DNA from: Candidatus Methylomirabilia bacterium
Lineage (GTDB): Bacteria > Methylomirabilota > Methylomirabilia > Rokubacteriales > CSP1-6
Direction of reading: 5' to 3'
DNA: 64,000 nt
Assembly (NCBI GenBank): GCA_041490825.1
Contig: JBGPTW010000007.1
Coordinates: 561 to 64,560, forward strand
The notes under the pieces were generated by a model. That model saw only the letters and a list, made by a program, of their open reading frames with translations. It was not told the origin of the DNA and did not search any database. Below, piece by piece: positions 1-8,865 of the stretch (position 1 is its first letter; every line of letters starts with the position of its first letter). A program made the position numbers and the translations under genes.

Positions 1-643
1 CGTGCGCGCCGAGATTCGCCGAGATCGCGCCGACGTTCGGCAGGAGCGTCTGGAGCGCCTTGAACGCCGGCTCCAGGTTCGATTCGCTGCCGCCCTTGAG
101 TCGGGCCAGCTCGGCCATGAACGCCATGCCCAGGCTGGAGTTGAGCGCGGTCAGCCCGACGCGGCCTTTGTAGGCCGGGTTCCACAGGTCGTCCCAGGAT
201 CTCGGCACCGTCTTGATCTTCGTCGGGTTGTACGCGATGCCGATCGCCTGCATCGAGATCGACGGGCCCCATTCGCTGCGGAACGCGGGCAGCAGGTCGT
301 TGAAGCTCCTCGACTTCGACACGGGGTACTTGTCGAAGAGCCCGAGCTTCACGCCGTCGAGCAGCGGGCCCTCGTCCATGATCGCCACGTCGAACGGCGG
401 CTGGCCCTTGGAGGCCTGCAGCTTCGCGATCTCGTCGGTGGCGAGCAGGATCGTCTGGATGAGGTCGGCGTTCGTCTTCTTGCGAAAGTACGGGCCGAGG
501 ATGTCGCGATGCACCTCGTTCCAGGTGCCGGGGAATGTCGCGACGACCAGCGCGTCCTTGGCGAACGCCATGGACGGTCGCGCGCCCACGGCGGCAACCG
601 CCACGGCGCTGTGGAGAAACTGTCGGCGAGTAAGTCGGGTCAT
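1..643 (-). CDS. ABC transporter periplasmic substrate-binding protein (family 1, PotD/Fe3+-like), 3' end runs off window; Tat-like signal MTRLTRRQFLHSAVAVAA
   Basis: Read directly from the minus strand. ATG at 643..641 is preceded by AGGAGG. The translation (MTRLTRRQFLHS...FPGTWNEVHRDILGPYF...AIGIAYNP) is SBP-like. The ATG overlaps the TGA of the upstream ATPase (ATGA coupling). Confidence 0.7.
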   Translation of the reverse strand, partial: MTRLTRRQFLHSAVAVAAVGARPSMAFAKDALVVATFPGTWNEVHRDILGPYFRKKTNADLIQTILLATDEIAKLQASKGQPPFDVAIMDEGPLLDGVKLGLFDKYPVSKSRSFNDLLPAFRSEWGPSISMQAIGIAYNPTKIKTVPRSWDDLWNPAYKGRVGLTALNSSLGMAFMAELARLKGGSESNLEPAFKALQTLLPNVGAISANLGAH

Positions 644-1758
644 TCCGAGCCTCCTGATGTGGGTGAGTGGAAGACGAAGCACGATCGGCGCGATCCCACC
701 TGGATGTGCACGCGCTCATCGGGCGGGAGCGTCTCGCCCGCGGCGTCGCGGGGCTGGCTGACCTTGATCGGCGTGCCGTCGGCGGCCTCGACCTCGTACA
801 CGACGACGGGACCGAGCGGCAGCGCGGCGCGGAGCGTCCCGGGGATCATGCCGCGCGCCGCCTGCTCGGCGCCGGTGGCACCGCGCACGACACGAAGCTG
901 CTCGGGGCGCACGGACACGACGACGCGCGAGCCAGCCGCCACGCCGGCGGGCGCGCACGGGAGCAACACGCCGCAATCGAGCGCCACGACGGGGCCCTCG
1001 CCGTCGACGTGATCGACCTTGCCGGGGATGAGGTTCGTCGTGCCGACGAAGGCGTTGACGAAGAGACTCGCGGGGCGGTCGTACAGCGCCGTCGGCGCCG
1101 CGACCTGCTCGAGGCGACCGTGATTGAGCACGGCGATCCGGTCGGCGACCGACATGGCCTCTTCCTGATCGTGCGTGACGAGGATCGACGTGACGCCCGA
1201 GCGCCGCTGCAGTCGCTTGATCTCGATCTGCATGTCCAATCTTAGATTTTTGTCGAGCGCGCCGAACGGCTCGTCGAGGAGCAGGATCGTCGGCTCGACG
1301 GCCAGCGCGCGCGCCAGCGCGACGCGCTGCTGCTGGCCGCCGGAAAGCTGTCGCGGGAATCGATCGGCGAACCCGTCCATGCGGACGAGCCCGAGCATCG
1401 CCGTCACGCGCTCGCGCACGCGCTCGCGCGCCGTGCCGCGCGCCTCGAGCCCGTACGCGACGTTCTCGGCCACCGTCATGTGGGGGAAGAGCGCGTAGTT
1501 CTGGAAGACGATGCCGATGCCGCGGCGATGGGGCGGAAGATGCCCGACCGGCTCGCCGTCCACGAGCACGCGTCCCATGTTCGGCGTGATGAAGCCCGCG
1601 ATGATGCGGAGCAGCGTCGACTTGCCACATCCGCTTGGTCCGAGGAGCGCCACGAGCTCGCCGGGCCTGATGTCGAGGCTCACGTCATCGACCGCGGTGA
1701 CCGGGCCGAAGCGGTGCGAGATCGTCTCGAGCGCCAGCGCGTGGGCGGCGACGTTCAT
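640..1758 (-). CDS. ABC transporter ATP-binding protein (PotA/MalK-type, Walker A GPSGCGKST, signature LSGGQQQRVALARAL, TOBE C-terminal domain)
   Basis: ORF 640..1902. Internal ATG at 1758 gives MNVAAHALALETISHRFG, which matches the family N-terminus. Confidence 0.85.
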   Translation of the reverse strand: MNVAAHALALETISHRFGPVTAVDDVSLDIRPGELVALLGPSGCGKSTLLRIIAGFITPNMGRVLVDGEPVGHLPPHRRGIGIVFQNYALFPHMTVAENVAYGLEARGTARERVRERVTAMLGLVRMDGFADRFPRQLSGGQQQRVALARALAVEPTILLLDEPFGALDKNLRLDMQIEIKRLQRRSGVTSILVTHDQEEAMSVADRIAVLNHGRLEQVAAPTALYDRPASLFVNAFVGTTNLIPGKVDHVDGEGPVVALDCGVLLPCAPAGVAAGSRVVVSVRPEQLRVVRGATGAEQAARGMIPGTLRAALPLGPVVVYEVEAADGTPIKVSQPRDAAGETLPPDERVHIQVGSRRSCFVFHSPTSGGSE

Positions 1759-1771
1759 CGGAGCGGCGGCC

Positions 1772-2134
1772 TCACGAGCCTCGATAGGTCGTGTAACTCC
1801 ACGGGGCGACGAGGAGCGGCACGTGATAATGCGCGGCGAGGTCGGCGATGGAGAAACGCACCGGGACGACGTCCAGGTACGGGGGCGTCGCCGTGGGGAC
1901 ACCGGCGGCCCGGAAGTAGTCGGCGACGTGAAACGTCAGCACGTAGGTGCCGACGGTCATCTCGGCCTCGGCCAGCATGAGCGCGCGCCCGCTCGCGTCG
2001 GTCGTCACGGTCTTGAGGTGATGCGCGGTGCCGCCGGGCGCCACGTGCGCGAGATCGACTTGCATGCCGGCGCCGGGCCGGCCGCGCGCCGTGTCGAGCA
2101 CGTGGGTCGTGAGCGCAGGGCGCGACGCGCTCAT
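1772..2134 (-). CDS. uraH: 5-hydroxyisourate hydrolase (transthyretin-like), C-terminal YRGS motif
   Basis: C-terminal 120 aa of ORF 1772..3466: MSASRPALTTHVLDTARGRPGAG...YHVPLLVAPWSYTTYRGS. ATG at 2134 (cat at 2132-2134). Confidence 0.85.
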   Translation of the reverse strand: MSASRPALTTHVLDTARGRPGAGMQVDLAHVAPGGTAHHLKTVTTDASGRALMLAEAEMTVGTYVLTFHVADYFRAAGVPTATPPYLDVVPVRFSIADLAAHYHVPLLVAPWSYTTYRGS

Positions 2135-2655
2135 CGCACCTGCGCCTCGAGCCGCATGCGCGTGATGTCGAACACCTGGGCGAGGGCGGCCTCCGTTTCC
2201 TGGTCCGCGGTGTTCTTCAATCGAGTCTCGTAGGCCGCCAGGATCGCCGCCTTGTTGTGGCGACGGACCGCGATGATGAACGGAAAGCCGAATCGCTCGC
2301 GGTAGGCGGTGTTCAGCCGCGCGAAGCGCGCGAATTCTTCGTCGGTCAGCCGATCCAGCCCCGCGGTCGCCTGCTCGACGACCGACGAGGGGCTCATCGC
2401 TCCGGCGCGCGCGGCCTTGCCGGCGAGATCGGGGTGGGCGCGCAGCAGCCCGACTTGCTCGGCGCGCGGCGCACGCGTCACGACCGCGCGCATTGCCGCG
2501 TGGAGCTCGTCGAGCGTGCGGAACGGCCGCGCGTCCCACGCGCGCTCGGCGACCCAGGGCGAACTCTCGAAGACAGCGCCGAGGGCAGCGCGAAATGCCT
2601 CCCGATCCATCACGTTGAGCGTCTCGAGCGTGAGCGCGGTCGTGGCCGACGCCAT
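2131..2655 (-). CDS. uraD: OHCU decarboxylase (2-oxo-4-hydroxy-4-carboxy-5-ureidoimidazoline decarboxylase)
   Basis: ORF 2131..2859. Internal ATG at 2655 gives MASATTALTLETLNVMDREAFRAALGAVFESSPWVAERAW...HPDLAGK. Its stop overlaps the uraH start. Confidence 0.8.
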   Translation of the reverse strand: MASATTALTLETLNVMDREAFRAALGAVFESSPWVAERAWDARPFRTLDELHAAMRAVVTRAPRAEQVGLLRAHPDLAGKAARAGAMSPSSVVEQATAGLDRLTDEEFARFARLNTAYRERFGFPFIIAVRRHNKAAILAAYETRLKNTADQETEAALAQVFDITRMRLEAQVR

Positions 2656-2716
2656 CCGTCGCACTGTGGCTGATTTCCACCGCGCGGGCAAGAGGCCGGC
2701 AGTGTAAATTCTTGGG

Positions 2717-3967
2717 GTGCCGCCCGACACGTTCGGTGATCTCACGCCCGGCCCGCGCATCCTGCTCGGTCCTGGCCCGACGATGGCGGACCCGCGCGTG
2801 CTCCGCGCGATGGCCACGCCGCTCCTGGGCCAGTTCGACCCCGAGTTCACCGCGATCATGAACGACGTGATGCGGCTCTGCCGGTTCGTCTACCAGACCG
2901 AGAACCCGCACACGCTGCCGGTCTCCGGCACCGGGCGCGCCGGGATGGAAGCGGCCATCGTGTCGCTGATCGAGCCTGGCGATCGCGTGGTGATCGGAGA
3001 ATGCGGCCGCTTCGGGCTCTTGCTGATGGAGATCGCGGAACGGTGCGGCGCGAAGGTGGCAGCCGTGCGCGGCGAGTGGGGTCGCGCGCTCGATCCGGCG
3101 GCGATCGAAGCCGAGGTCAAGCGCGCACCGACCAGGATGGTGGCCATCATTCACGGTGAGACGTCGACCGGCGTGCTGCAGCCGCTGCCGGACATCGCAC
3201 GGATCGCGCACGAGCACGGCGCGCTGCTGATGGCGGATTGCGTCGTGACGCTCGGCGGCTGCGAGGTCGCGGCCGACGCGTGGAGCGTCGACGTTGCGAC
3301 GGCGGGCACGCAGAAGTGTCTGTCGTGCCCGTCGGGGCTGGCGCCGGTGACCTGGAACGCGCGCGCGCACGCCGTGCTCGAAGCCCGCCGCACCAAGGTC
3401 CGCAGCAACTATCTCGATCTCCGCCAGCTCGCGGATTACTGGAGCCCGTCGCGCTTCAATCACCACACGGCGCCGACGTCCATGATCTATGGACTGCGGG
3501 AGGCGTTACGGGCCGTCCACGAGGAAGGGTTGTCGCAGCGATTCGCGCGGCATCGACTGCACGGCGACGCGCTGCGAGCCGGGATCGGCGCGCTCGGGCT
3601 CACGCTCTTCGGCGGTGAGCCGCCGGAGCGCCGGCTGCCCTTCATCACGCCGGTGATCGTGCCGGACGGCGTGGACGAGCTGCGCGTGCGGCAGCGACTG
3701 CTCGAGGAGTTCGGCATCGAGATTGGCGCCGCGTTCGGACCGCTCCAGGGCAAGATCTGGCGGATCGGCACGATGGGCTATTCCGCCGCGCGCCACAACG
3801 TCCTGCTCTGCCTCGCGGCGCTCGAGACGGTGCTGCGCCACGAGGGATTCAAGGCGACACCGGGCGCTGGCGTCGATGCCGCGCTCGCTCACTACGCAGC
3901 GGCCGGCGCCGGCGCGGCCCGCCGCGTGGACGAGCGCCTGGGCGCGCGAGGAATCGGGCGCGTATGA
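2717..3967 (+). CDS. Class V aminotransferase of the AGXT / serine-pyruvate / ureidoglycine-glyoxylate (PucG-like) type
   Basis: N-terminal LTPGPRILLGPGPT motif, 416 aa. Divergent from uraD and adjacent to the allantoinase. Confidence 0.8.
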   Translation: MPPDTFGDLTPGPRILLGPGPTMADPRVLRAMATPLLGQFDPEFTAIMNDVMRLCRFVYQTENPHTLPVSGTGRAGMEAAIVSLIEPGDRVVIGECGRFGLLLMEIAERCGAKVAAVRGEWGRALDPAAIEAEVKRAPTRMVAIIHGETSTGVLQPLPDIARIAHEHGALLMADCVVTLGGCEVAADAWSVDVATAGTQKCLSCPSGLAPVTWNARAHAVLEARRTKVRSNYLDLRQLADYWSPSRFNHHTAPTSMIYGLREALRAVHEEGLSQRFARHRLHGDALRAGIGALGLTLFGGEPPERRLPFITPVIVPDGVDELRVRQRLLEEFGIEIGAAFGPLQGKIWRIGTMGYSAARHNVLLCLAALETVLRHEGFKATPGAGVDAALAHYAAAGAGAARRVDERLGARGIGRV

Positions 3968-4884
3968 GTTATCCGCGCGATCTCGTCGGCTATGGCCAGC
4001 GTCCCCCCGACCCGAAGTGGCCCGGCGGCGCCCGAGTCGCGCTCCAGCTCGTGATGAATTACGAGGAAGGCGGCGAGCGGTCCATCCTGCACGGCGACAC
4101 CGAATCCGAAGCGCTCCTCCAGGAAGTGCCGAGCATGACGGCGCTCAAAGGCGTGCGCAATCTTCAGGTGGAGTCGATGTACGAGTACGGCAGCCGCGTT
4201 GGCTTCTGGCGGCTCATGCGCATGTTTGCCGAGCGGGACATCAAGATCAGCGTGTTCGCGGTGGCGATGGCGCTCGAGCGCCACCCCGAGGCGGCGAAGG
4301 CGATCGTCGACGCGGGCCACGAGGTGGTGAGTCACGGCTGGCGCTGGATCGACTATCAGTACGTGGAGCCGGACATCGAGCGCGATCACATCCGCCGGGC
4401 GGTGCAGAGTCTCACGCGTTCGACGGGCCAGCGTCCGCTCGGCTGGTACACCGGACGCCTGAGTCCGCAGACGCGCCGGCTCGTGGTGGAAGAGGGCGGG
4501 TTCCTCTACGACGCCGACGCGTACAACGACGACCTGCCGTACTGGGAGCTGGTCGGCGGCAAGCCGCACCTCGTCATCCCGTACACGCTCGACAACAACG
4601 ACATGAAGTTCTCGTCGATCGCCGGGTTCACCACCGGCGAGCAATGGTTCACCTACGTGCGGGACGCGTTCGATCTGCTCTACGCCGAGGGCGCCGAGCA
4701 CCCGAAGATGATGTCAGTCGGGCTTCACATGCGGCTGATCGGGCGCCCGGGCCGCGCGGCGGCGCTCGGGCGGTTCCTCGACCACGTCCAGCGCCGCACG
4801 GACGTGTGGATCTGCCGGCGCGTCGACGTCGCGCGCCACTGGATCGCGCAGCACCCGTATCGCGGCCCCCCGCGCGCCTCGTAG
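3964..4884 (+). CDS. puuE: Allantoinase of the PuuE type (polysaccharide-deacetylase fold)
   Basis: 306 aa, MSYPRDLVGYGQRPPDPKWPGGARVALQLVMNYEEG...HGWRWIDY. Overlaps the aminotransferase stop by 4 bp. Confidence 0.75.
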   Translation: MSYPRDLVGYGQRPPDPKWPGGARVALQLVMNYEEGGERSILHGDTESEALLQEVPSMTALKGVRNLQVESMYEYGSRVGFWRLMRMFAERDIKISVFAVAMALERHPEAAKAIVDAGHEVVSHGWRWIDYQYVEPDIERDHIRRAVQSLTRSTGQRPLGWYTGRLSPQTRRLVVEEGGFLYDADAYNDDLPYWELVGGKPHLVIPYTLDNNDMKFSSIAGFTTGEQWFTYVRDAFDLLYAEGAEHPKMMSVGLHMRLIGRPGRAAALGRFLDHVQRRTDVWICRRVDVARHWIAQHPYRGPPRAS

Positions 4885-5027
4885 GTGGCGGCGCGCTACT
4901 CTGCGTTCGGTGGCGCGGGGGCCGCTGGCGGACCTCGCGGGCTCACCGCGGCAGTTGACAGCGCTGATGCGGTCGTCGCAGGATCTTCACTGCTGTCGTC
5001 TTTTTTTTCGACAGGGGGATTTTGGTC

Positions 5028-5435
5028 ATGCTCAGACGCCGTGATCGTCAGATCCACGGAGGGCGAGACGACGCCGGCTTCACGCTGATCGAGTTGCTGA
5101 TCGTCGTGGCGATCATCGGGATCCTGGCGGCGATCGCGATCCCACTCTTCAACAACATCCAGGCGCGCGCCCGGATCGCCAAGGCCCAGGCCGACGTGAA
5201 ATCCATGGCGTCGGCGCTCTCGCTGTACTCGGCGCACTACGGCACGCTGCCGGCCAGCCTCGGCCAGATCACCGCATCGGGGACGAACACTCAGGGCCAG
5301 ACCGCGGGAGCGTTCATGGCCGCGGTGCCCACGCCGCCCGCCTCGTGGAGCGCCAGCTACGGCTACAACTCGGCCGCCGACGGCACGTTCACGCTTTCGG
5401 CCACCGGCGACTCCACGACCGCTCAGGTTCCGTAG
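5028..5435 (+). CDS. Prepilin-type N-terminal cleavage/methylation domain protein (type IV pilin or pseudopilin)
   Basis: G|FTLIELLIVVAIIGILAAIAIP motif after a 17-aa leader. ATG at 5028 with AGGGGGA 7 nt upstream. The ORF track starts at TTG 5022. Confidence 0.7.
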   Translation: MLRRRDRQIHGGRDDAGFTLIELLIVVAIIGILAAIAIPLFNNIQARARIAKAQADVKSMASALSLYSAHYGTLPASLGQITASGTNTQGQTAGAFMAAVPTPPASWSASYGYNSAADGTFTLSATGDSTTAQVP

Positions 5436-5449
5436 CGACCGCGCCTGCA

Positions 5450-5485
5450 GCTACGGAGGATCAACCGGCGGTCAATCCTCCGTAG
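5450..5485. terminator. 12-bp perfect-stem hairpin (ctacggaggat/atcctccgtag) between convergent genes; no T-tract
   Basis: Inverted repeat 5450-5461 / 5474-5485 read in sequence. Confidence 0.4.
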
Positions 5486-5522
5486 CCGCGCGCGACTTCT
5501 CTTTGGTGCAGGTCTATTGGGA

Positions 5523-6683
5523 TCAGCTCCAGAGGCGTTGGGTCGCGAGATCGGCGCCCGCGCGCAGCGTCCGGAGCTTCGCCCACACGACGCTTTCCGC
5601 GACGGCTTCCGTCCCCGCGAACGTGCCGAAGCCGCAGTCGACCGACGCGATCACACGGCTGCGGTCGCCCACGGCATCGACGACCTGGCAGATCCGATCG
5701 GCGACGACCTCCGGGTGCTCGACGAAGTTCGTTGTCGAATCGATCACGCCGGGCAGCAGCAGCATTGAGTCGGGCAGCGGATGTCGTTTGAAGACCTTGT
5801 ACTCGTGCGCGTGCCGCGGGTTGGCGAGCTCGATGGACAGCGCGCCGACGCGAGCCCGGTAGAGCATCGGCAGGATCGCCTCGAGCGGCACGTCGTGGAC
5901 GTGAGGGCCGTCGTAGTTGCCCCAGCAGACGTGCAGGCGAACGCGATCCGGCGGGACGTTAGCGATGGCGCGGTTGACGGCGTCGACGTGCAGCTCCACC
6001 GCCTGCAAGAAGTGGTCGAGCGGATCGTTCTGGAAGAATCGCGTTCGCTCCATCGCGAGGTCGGGACAGTCGACCTGCAGCAGGAAGCCGCGCGCGTGAA
6101 TCAGCTCGTATTCCTTCCGCATCTCGCGCGCGAGCGCCCGGACGTAGCGCTCGTGCGAGCCGTAGAACCCGTCGAGCAGGATCGTTGCGATGGTCCCGGG
6201 CGAGGCCGCGGTCATGAACGGCTCGGCGAACTTCCGCGCCTGCTTGTCCAGTGCCTGGGAGAACACGTCGCATTCTCTGGCGGCCTCGCTCAGGTCCACG
6301 TACTGCACGTCCGCGATCGCCTGAGGCGCGTCGGAGATCCTCGCGCCATGCCGCCGGCGGTCGGCCAGCATCGCGGCGTAGTCCGGAAAGTCCACGAGAT
6401 CGCGCGCGAGCGGCCGGCGACTTTCGCCGCCGAAGCCGCGCATCCGCCGCGCCGGATACGTCGAGAATCCGACGCGCGGCTGCTCGCCGTCGTTGCCGAT
6501 GTCGATGCCGGCCTCGAGCTGCCGGCGCACGACCATCGCGACCGCCGCCTCGACCTGGCGCGCCAGCTCCGCCTCGTCGATGGACTCGCCGCGGTCCTGA
6601 CGCACCAGGAGATCGCGCAGGACTGGATTGCGAGGCAAGCTGCCGACGTGCGTGGTCAAGATCCGCTGATCGCTCTTGCGCAT
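5523..6683 (-). CDS. Cobalamin-independent methionine synthase (MetE C-terminal domain-like, UROD/MetE family) protein
   Basis: 386 aa, MRKSDQRILTTHVGSLPRNP...VDCGFGTFAG, typical of the YxjG/MetE-like family. Confidence 0.7.
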   Translation of the reverse strand: MRKSDQRILTTHVGSLPRNPVLRDLLVRQDRGESIDEAELARQVEAAVAMVVRRQLEAGIDIGNDGEQPRVGFSTYPARRMRGFGGESRRPLARDLVDFPDYAAMLADRRRHGARISDAPQAIADVQYVDLSEAARECDVFSQALDKQARKFAEPFMTAASPGTIATILLDGFYGSHERYVRALAREMRKEYELIHARGFLLQVDCPDLAMERTRFFQNDPLDHFLQAVELHVDAVNRAIANVPPDRVRLHVCWGNYDGPHVHDVPLEAILPMLYRARVGALSIELANPRHAHEYKVFKRHPLPDSMLLLPGVIDSTTNFVEHPEVVADRICQVVDAVGDRSRVIASVDCGFGTFAGTEAVAESVVWAKLRTLRAGADLATQRLWS

Positions 6684-6788
6684 GGCTCTGTCCTCTGCGT
6701 CAGGTTCGTGGCGGACGTCAGGTCAGGGTCGCAGACGCGACACTAGCCGGTGTCATGAACGCTCGCCGTCAATCGAGCGCGTGGCGTC

Positions 6789-6935
6789 GCGGGCCGGCCG
6801 GGTCGGTGAGGGGCCTCTGACCACGAGGCCCTTTGACCGATGACCCGCGAGCCGTTCCCACTCGCGGCCTGGTTGCCCTCGATAGGACGCTCCGGGAACG
6901 GGTCCGCCGGCCCCCCACCGACCCGGCCGGCCCGC
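6789..6935 (-). promoter_or_regulatory. Structured 5' leader of the MetE-like gene; candidate riboswitch or regulatory RNA of unassigned class
   Basis: A 22-bp long-range inverted repeat (6789-6812 vs 6912-6935) encloses nested stems (ccgttccc/gggaacgg, cgcgag/ctcgcg, gggcctc/gaggccc). It lies 100-250 nt upstream of the start codon. Confidence 0.3.
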
Positions 6936-7070
6936 GGCGACACGCTGTCCCCGGCCTCGGTCGTTCGGCGATGATCGGGGCAAAGACGCCTGTGGTCAGA
7001 GGACCCCGGCTGCCTGTCTCCCGCCGGATCACCGGTCGGCGCGCGCGTCGGTCGTTCATGAATAATCGCA

Positions 7071-7514
7071 CTAGCCCGTGTCGCCGACGAGCTTGGCCGC
7101 TTCGATCCCGGCGACCGCGCACGCCTCGTCCTTGTCGGAGACGTCGCCGGAAATCCCGACAGCGCCGATCACTTCGCCGGCGGTGTTCTTGACCAGCACG
7201 CCCCCGGCGGCAGGGACGACGCCGTGGCCGCCCGAGATGGCGTTCAGCGCCGTGAAGAACGTCGCCTGCGCCGGCTGCTCGGCGACGCGGCGGAAGAGCG
7301 CCCGCGAGCCCATGCCCATGCCGAGCGCGCCCCACGCCTTGCCGGTGGCGATCTGCGGCCGGATGATCCCGGCGCCGTCCTCGCGCGCGAACGCTTTGAG
7401 ATGTCCGCCGGCGTCGAGCACGGCAATGGCGAGCGGCGCGCAGCCGGTCTCGCGTCCCTTCTTGAGCGCCGCCTCGATGATGGTGCCCGCTTGCTGCAGC
7501 GTGATCCCGGCCAT
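7071..7514 (-). CDS. GlcG/HbpS-like heme-binding protein (DUF336)
   Basis: 147 aa, MAGITLQQAGTIIEAALKKGRETGCAPLAIAVLDAGGHL. Confidence 0.7.
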   Translation of the reverse strand: MAGITLQQAGTIIEAALKKGRETGCAPLAIAVLDAGGHLKAFAREDGAGIIRPQIATGKAWGALGMGMGSRALFRRVAEQPAQATFFTALNAISGGHGVVPAAGGVLVKNTAGEVIGAVGISGDVSDKDEACAVAGIEAAKLVGDTG

Positions 7515-7535
7515 GGCTGGTCCTTTCTTTTCGCT

Positions 7536-7805
7536 CTAGAGCGCGCGCGTCTCGGCGCGTGTGCGACGGCGCAAAAATAAGCTCGCGAACTGCGCGAGAT
7601 TGCGCTCAATCCTAACCGTTCGGTCCAATATGGCCTTAAGCGGCGCAATCGCCATTTCCCCACCGAGCCGCCCGAGAGCCACTACAGAGGCGCGCCGGAC
7701 AACAGCGGGCTCTCTGGCGTCGGTAGCGAGTGCACTAAAGACATCGTTCGCGATCGCAGTTGGAAGGAACCGGAGCATTCGCCAGCCTGGGGGACGGTTA
7801 TCCAT
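7536..7805 (-). CDS. Hypothetical protein, possibly a HEAT/PBS-lyase-like repeat fragment, in an AT-richer patch
   Basis: 89-aa ORF, ...ASVVALGRLGGEMAIAPLKAILD. Weak support. Confidence 0.25.
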   Translation of the reverse strand: MDNRPPGWRMLRFLPTAIANDVFSALATDAREPAVVRRASVVALGRLGGEMAIAPLKAILDRTVRIERNLAQFASLFLRRRTRAETRAL

Positions 7806-7907
7806 TACAACGCCTTAAGCGGCAGGCCAGTTTTCGCGGCCTCGGTCGGTGCATACACCGAGCATTCTAAGCGCAGAACCGCACGAAGAACGGGACCAAC
7901 GTTTGGT

Positions 7908-8204
7908 CTACCGCTCGCGGTAGGTGTCCTCGCGGCGGAGACCGCAGCGCTTTAGGACCACCTCACGGCCGGCCACCTCGTAGCGGAACCGCCAGCGACC
8001 AAGGCTAAGCCGCCACTGACCATCGTCGAGGGCAACGCCCTCGAGCTTTTTGATGTGGCGGTTCCGCGTTCGGTTCAAGGGGTCGGCGCCGAGAATGGCA
8101 ACCGCCCGCTCCTGGATGGGGGAGAAGTCCGGGTGCTGACGCAGGAGCTTCCTCGAGAGGCGCTCGTAGTGCGGGCTGGTGCGGACAAGAAACGGCGGCG
8201 TCAT
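7908..8204 (-). CDS. Type II toxin, RelE/ParE family
   Basis: 98 aa, ...WRLSLGRWRFRYEVAGREVVLKRCGLRREDTY. Its ATG overlaps the antitoxin stop (ATGA). Confidence 0.7.
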   Translation of the reverse strand: MTPPFLVRTSPHYERLSRKLLRQHPDFSPIQERAVAILGADPLNRTRNRHIKKLEGVALDDGQWRLSLGRWRFRYEVAGREVVLKRCGLRREDTYRER

Positions 8205-8494
8205 GCACTGCGACGCCGCTTCACCTTTCGCTCCTCTTCAGCACGGAGTTCCGCCAGGAACGCGGCGGCCGGCCGGCTCTTGCCGGCCCGGTACTCGGCG
8301 GTGCTCCGCCGGATGTCGGCCTGGACTTTGGGATCCTGGAGCTCGAGATAGTCCTCGAATTCGTCGATGTCCATGACGCCGGCGAGCGGGATGCCATCCT
8401 TTTCGAGGATCACATACTCCTTGTTGAGATGGACGCGCTTCACCACGGCGCCGAGGCTGTTGCGGGCCTGGGTGAGGGGGAGATGTTTGACCAT
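8201..8494 (-). CDS. Type II antitoxin, Phd/YefM family
   Basis: 97 aa, MVKHLPLTQARNSLGAVVKRVHLNKEYVILEKDGIPLAGVMDIDEFEDYLE. Confidence 0.8.
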   Translation of the reverse strand: MVKHLPLTQARNSLGAVVKRVHLNKEYVILEKDGIPLAGVMDIDEFEDYLELQDPKVQADIRRSTAEYRAGKSRPAAAFLAELRAEEERKVKRRRSA

Positions 8495-8540
8495 AGGGCG
8501 TGTGTTTTTAGCTTTGATGAGACCAACTCCTTTCGACCTG

Positions 8541-8568
8541 GTGTGTAACGATGTACACCGTTACACAC
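8541..8568. promoter_or_regulatory. Perfect palindrome gtgtgtaacg-atgtacac-cgttacacac, candidate Phd/YefM autorepressor operator
   Basis: 10-bp arms plus an 8-nt spacer that itself contains TGTACA. It lies 47-74 nt upstream of the antitoxin start. Confidence 0.45.
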
Positions 8569-8865
8569 AGTATGGGCGGCGGGCGCGCCGGCGTCAAGGG
8601 CCGGCGCCGCCGCTTCGTTCTCGATCGTTCGATCGTGCAGGTAAATCCCTAGGTCTTTGTCCTCCACGTGAGGCGCATGGTGCGCGCGAGCTCGCGGAGC
8701 GTCAGGACCTTGAGGCCGTCCCCGCCACCCAGGGGTCGAGCCGCATTGTATGCCGATGACGCTCGTACGCTCGTACTCAAGGTTGACCGGCCGATTCCCC
8801 GGACGTAGACTCGGCGCCAAATTCCATCCCTCGAGGCGTCCTCCGGCAGAAGAGGAGCGGGATCC

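Noticed and set aside
2-1012. 336-aa plus-strand ORF at the window start
   Set aside because: Arg-rich antisense frame. The minus strand encodes a coherent SBP (1-643) and an ABC ATPase (640-1758) with RBS and coupling signals.
6684-7070. Calling the leader a SAM-I or cobalamin riboswitch specifically
   Set aside because: I could not align the conserved SAM-I (GAGGGA, kink-turn, GTGC-AA-TCC) or B12-box elements convincingly by eye. Only a GGCAACCAGG segment is reminiscent. It is left as an unclassified structured leader.
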